A stretch of DNA of 33,633 nt, taken from positions 1-33,633 of the forward strand of contig CALSCO010000869.1 of NCBI GenBank assembly GCA_943704415.1. Direction: 5' to 3'. Under the pieces are notes generated by a model. That model did no database searches. It was not told the DNA's origin and worked only from the letters and a program-made list of their open reading frames with translations. The DNA is from Parvularia atlantis (taxonomy: Eukaryota). The translations under genes were made by a program, and so were the position numbers. Each line of letters begins with the position of its first letter. The first letter of the stretch is position 1. Shown here piece after piece: positions 29,901 to 33,633 of this stretch.

Positions 29901-32115
29901 GGCTGCCACTGCCGGGCGCACACGCTGACGTCGCTCGCCGCCGCAGAGCTGCAGGCCGAGATCAAGCGGCTGCGCGAGGAGCACAAGCGCATGTACGACC
30001 TGCCCGAGCTGAGCCAGCACGCCTATGTGCTGCACGCAGTGCGCTCGGGCTGCCGGGTGCGCAGCGAGTCGTCAGTCTGACGACGACGGCTGCCCTGCAG
30101 GTGCTCGTGCACGACGGCGAGGCCGGCATGGGCCACTACTGGGCGTTTATCCGCGACCCGGCCGCGGACCGGTGGCGCCGCTTCAACGACACAAATGTGA
30201 CCGATGTGACGGAGGAGGTCGGTGGGGGGCGTGTGACCGCTGCCCATCCTCACGCGCCGCCCAGACGGTGTTTGAGGAGTCGTTCGGCGGCAAGGGCGCC
30301 ATGTCGGCCTACTGCCTCGTGTATGCCCAGCGCAACTGTCTGGCGCAGCGCACGGTCGACGAGGCATTGGCGCGCCTGCCGGCCGGGCTGAAGGTGGCTT
30401 GGGAGTGCGCGTGCACGGAGCGCGACTGACGGGGGGCGCAGGCACACGTCGAGAAGGACAACGCCGCGCACGAGCACGAAAAGTCCACCTGGTACGAGCG
30501 CTCAACGCTCAGCAACCAGGCGGCATTCAGTGCGTGGCCGGAGCGCGCGCACGCTATCGCTGATGCCGCTGCCAGGCGAGCTGCCTCAGAGCGACGGGCG
30601 ACCGGGCACGCCGGTCGACGCGACCTTGGCCGACTACGAGTGGGATCGCATCGTGGTGACGGAGAACACCGAGGAGTGGGCCGACGAGCGCCTGCGCAGG
30701 TGCGCACGGGGCTCTGCACCGTGCCATGCGGCCGGCTGACACTGGCCGGACGCGCAGCTGGCCCAACTTTTTCCAGACGGTCGCGTATGCCAACCGGCTG
30801 CACCAGCGCGTGCGTCCCGAATCGGCTGCGCTTGGCGTGGTGCTGACCGCCAGGGCGCAGGCCGTGTCGGGTGTGTGCACCGGACCCGACGACAAGCCGC
30901 TGCCCATCTGGCTGCGGCATCCGTGCAAGGTAGACGCGGTGACGCTCGAGCGGGGCCACAAGGAGTTCCAATTGTGCGTGCGCGAGGCGGCTGTGCTCGC
31001 GCGTTGATGCTCACGGACCCACACAGCTACGCGGCGGACGTCGTGAGCGCGCTGCGCAACCAGCCATTGCCCGGGCCGCAGCCGATCTCGCTGCTGCTGT
31101 CGGCGCTCGGGCGGGCCCATCAGCTCGAATTCTATTGCGAGTCCGATATCTTCAAGCCCAAAACGCTGCACGTCAACCTGCTGCTGCGCCTGCTGCGCGG
31201 CAACGTCCTGGTACGGCTGCGGCTGCGAGTGCGGACCAGCTGACGACGGCTCCGCGCGCAGTCTGCCCTGCAGAAGAGCCTCGAGACGATCAAGAGCCGC
31301 CGGCCGACCATCTCGTCTGGTACGGCGCACTGCTGGTGTACACGCGCGTGCTGGCTCACACGCGTCACGCGCGCAGACCTCGCGATGGCGACGGTGCTGA
31401 TCGACCACATGCTGCGCGCCAAGATGCACCCCGGCGTGCTATCGGACGCCGAGTTTGAGATGCTGCAGAACGTGTGGATCGAGGCGATCTCGGCCCTGCA
31501 GGAGCACGGGCAGCTGAGTCCCGGTGCGCGATCCGCTGGCTACCCCGCACATGTACACACAGGCTGACGCGCGCGGCAGACGACCAGAAGACGTCGGAGA
31601 AGATCGTCGGCCTGCTGGCGGACGGTGCGAGCGTGGAGCAGTCGGAGCTGTCTTCGCGCGGCGAGGGCAGGGGCCTTCACAAGTCATACCCGGCGGTGCT
31701 TTCTGCCGCGTCGATCTCGCCGCTGCTGCACGTCCAGCCAGCGGCACCAGCAGCACAGGCGCCCGCACTGCCGCCGCCGCCGCCCGCGTACGACGAAGCC
31801 GTGACCCTGCCGATGACCGACCCGCCGCGCGTAGACATCGACCTCAGCCCAGCGGCGATGGACGACGTGACGCTGATCGAGGCCGACGACGTCGCGGCGC
31901 CCATGCTGCAGCCGTCGCTGGCGGACGACGCGACGCAGCCGCAGGACCCCACACAGCCCGCGCAGCCCGCGCAGCCCGCGCGTGCGGAGACGCCCGGCGA
32001 CAGCCACCTGATGTCGTTCACGGTCGCACCGGGGCCTGCCGTGGTCACGGGCGGCGACAGCGCTCCGCAGGCGACGCAGACGCAGGCCGACGACGGCACG
32101 GCGATGGAGCAGTGA
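26932..32115 (+). CDS. Ubiquitin-specific protease, USP25/USP28-like (UBA, two UIMs, USP domain with coiled-coil insert, C-terminal extension; about 28 exons)
   Basis: [28 protein letters not shown]; UIMs [12 protein letters not shown] and [12 protein letters not shown]; Cys box [25 protein letters not shown]; His box [32 protein letters not shown]. Confidence 0.88.
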
Positions 32116-32209
32116 GCGCTCGTACGGTGGGACCCGGCGATGCGCCGATGAGACGAATGCCAGTATGGTCTCGGACACGTCGCGACTTGTTTTCAGGCGT
32201 CCCACATCT

Positions 32210-32259
32210 GTCGCATCGGCGTCGCATCGGCGTCGCATCGACGTCGCATCGACGTCGCA
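32210..32259. repeat. 11-bp tandem repeat GTCGCATCGRC x4 plus a partial copy
   Basis: Directly visible; ends 11 nt before the PNKP ATG. Confidence 0.92.
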
Positions 32260-32270
32260 ACCCTCTCGAG

Positions 32271-33633
32271 ATGGCCCCGAAGCGCGCGCGCACGACGAGC
32301 AGCGACGCCGCCGCGCCCGCGGGCGACGTGACGAGCGTGCTGATGAGCGCGGCCCGCAAGCGGACGCGCGGCGCCCCCGCCGCCGACGATGCCGCGGCCG
32401 GCGACGCGGGCGGCGGCAGCGCGACGACGAGCCGCTGGGAGGAGCACGAGACGCTGCTCTTCCGCACGTTCGGCAACCCGGCGCCGAGCGCAAAGCTGGC
32501 CGTGTTCGACTTTGTGCGGCGCGGCGTGGGGGAGGCCGCTGCTCTGACGCGCGATGGGAGGGCAGGACGACACGCTCGTGGCCGTCAAGAGCGGCAAGAA
32601 GCACACGCAGAGCGCCGACGACTGGGTCCCGTGGCACGCCAACGTCGTGCCGACGCTGCGCCGGCTGCACGGCGACGGGTGCGGCGCGGCGCGGCGCGGC
32701 GCGGATGGGCCGTGGCGCACCCGCCGCTCACGCGTCCCGCGCGTCCGCAGCTACAAGATCGTCGTCTACTCGAACCAGAAGGGCATCGGCAACGAGCGCG
32801 AGAAGCACGGGCGCGGCTCGGCCAAGGAGCGCGGCATCCTCGGGCGCATCGCCAACTTTGTCCTGTCGGCGCGTGCGGCTGCCGCCTTGTCACGTCGCGC
32901 GTCTGACGTGCACGGCGCGCCCCCTCGCCAGACCGACCTGCCCGTCCAGGCCCTCGTCGCGATCGACGACGACGCCTTCCGCAAGCCCAGCACCGCCGGC
33001 TTCGACTACTTTGTCGCGCACCTCAATGCCGACGTCGCGCCCGACAAGCCCGCCAGCTTCTTCTGCGGCGACGCGGGCGGGCGCCTCGTCGGCTGGAAGG
33101 CCGGCGCCAAGGCCGACTTTGCCAGCTCGGACCGCGACTTTGCGCTCAACCTCGGCTTTGCCTACCGCACGCCCGAGGACGTCTTCCTCGGCCAGAAGAC
33201 GGACGCGCCGTTCCGGCACGACTTTGACCCGCGGTGCGCGCCGCTTGGCACGCGTCGCGCGAGACGTGTGCTGAACGGGGCGCAGCACCGTCCGCGCCGA
33301 CCTGCCGCTCTTCACGCCCACGTCGTCGCCGGTCACGGTCGCGCACAAGGAGCTCGTGATCATGGTCGGCTTCCCGGGCAGCGGCAAGTCGTCGTTCGTC
33401 AAGCGGCACCTCGTGCCCGCAGGCTACGTGCGCGTCAACCAGGTGCGCGAGCGCGCGTGCGCGTGCACGGCGTGCTCACACCCGTCGTTTGCTGCACGGC
33501 AGGACGAGCTCAAGACGAAGGAGAAGGTGCTCGCGGCGGCGATCGCGGCAATGGAGCGCGGTGAGCGCGTCGTCGTCGACAACACGAACCCGAGCGCCGA
33601 GGCGCGCGCGGTGCGGCTCGCCTCACCCCCCCC
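32271..33633 (+). CDS. PNKP: Bifunctional polynucleotide phosphatase/kinase without FHA domain; 3' end truncated by the window
   Basis: FDF|DDTL (DxD), YKIVVYSNQKGI, FRKP, FFCGDAGGR, DFASSDRDFALN, P-loop GFPGSGKS, RVNQ|DEL, VVDNTNP. Confidence 0.93.

Noticed and set aside
1187..33502. Introns as an Introner-like transposon family
   Set aside because: Beyond the splice signals I saw no shared internal sequence, terminal inverted repeats or target duplications. An all-versus-all intron alignment would be the formal test.
1..33633. Alternative genetic code, programmed frameshifting or mass pseudogenisation to explain the broken ORFs
   Set aside because: Apart from the RING 5' end, each break I traced is resolved by a short GT-AG or GC-AG intron, and I saw no stop codon inside a conserved exon.

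Overview
Very GC-rich, extremely compact eukaryotic nuclear DNA. It is probably from a unicellular opisthokont, possibly on the fungal/nucleariid side (inference only). I traced 15 spliced protein-coding genes by hand: a RING/B-box/coiled-coil protein (partial), a Cid1/TUT-type uridylyltransferase with an N-terminal exonuclease-like domain, a secreted glycoside-hydrolase-like protein with a CBM, a cold-shock-domain protein, ZNG1/CobW, DJ-1, mitochondrial IF2, WDR82, a BTB-discoidin protein, mS41/Fyv4, a C2-C2/C1-RasGAP-HR1 protein, an RPAP3-like protein, RPL8, a USP25/28-like deubiquitinase and PNKP (partial). They are split by roughly 130-140 tiny introns (manual estimate; mostly about 40-75 nt). 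Donors mostly read GTGCG, branch sites are CTGAC/CTCAC, acceptors are GCAG with no pyrimidine tract, and several introns are GC-AG. Most gaps between coding regions are only 18-300 nt. The most notable points are the apparent pseudo-exonuclease-TUTase fusion, a 470-bp 9-mer minisatellite in a divergent promoter, the unusual splice-signal grammar, start codons only 25-38 nt apart, C1 and HR1 domains inserted into a RasGAP, and a TCT/TOP-like start for RPL8. I found no rRNA, tRNA, CRISPR array or transposon. All gene models are manual and unvalidated. The supplied ORF track is mostly intron-broken or antisense artefact.
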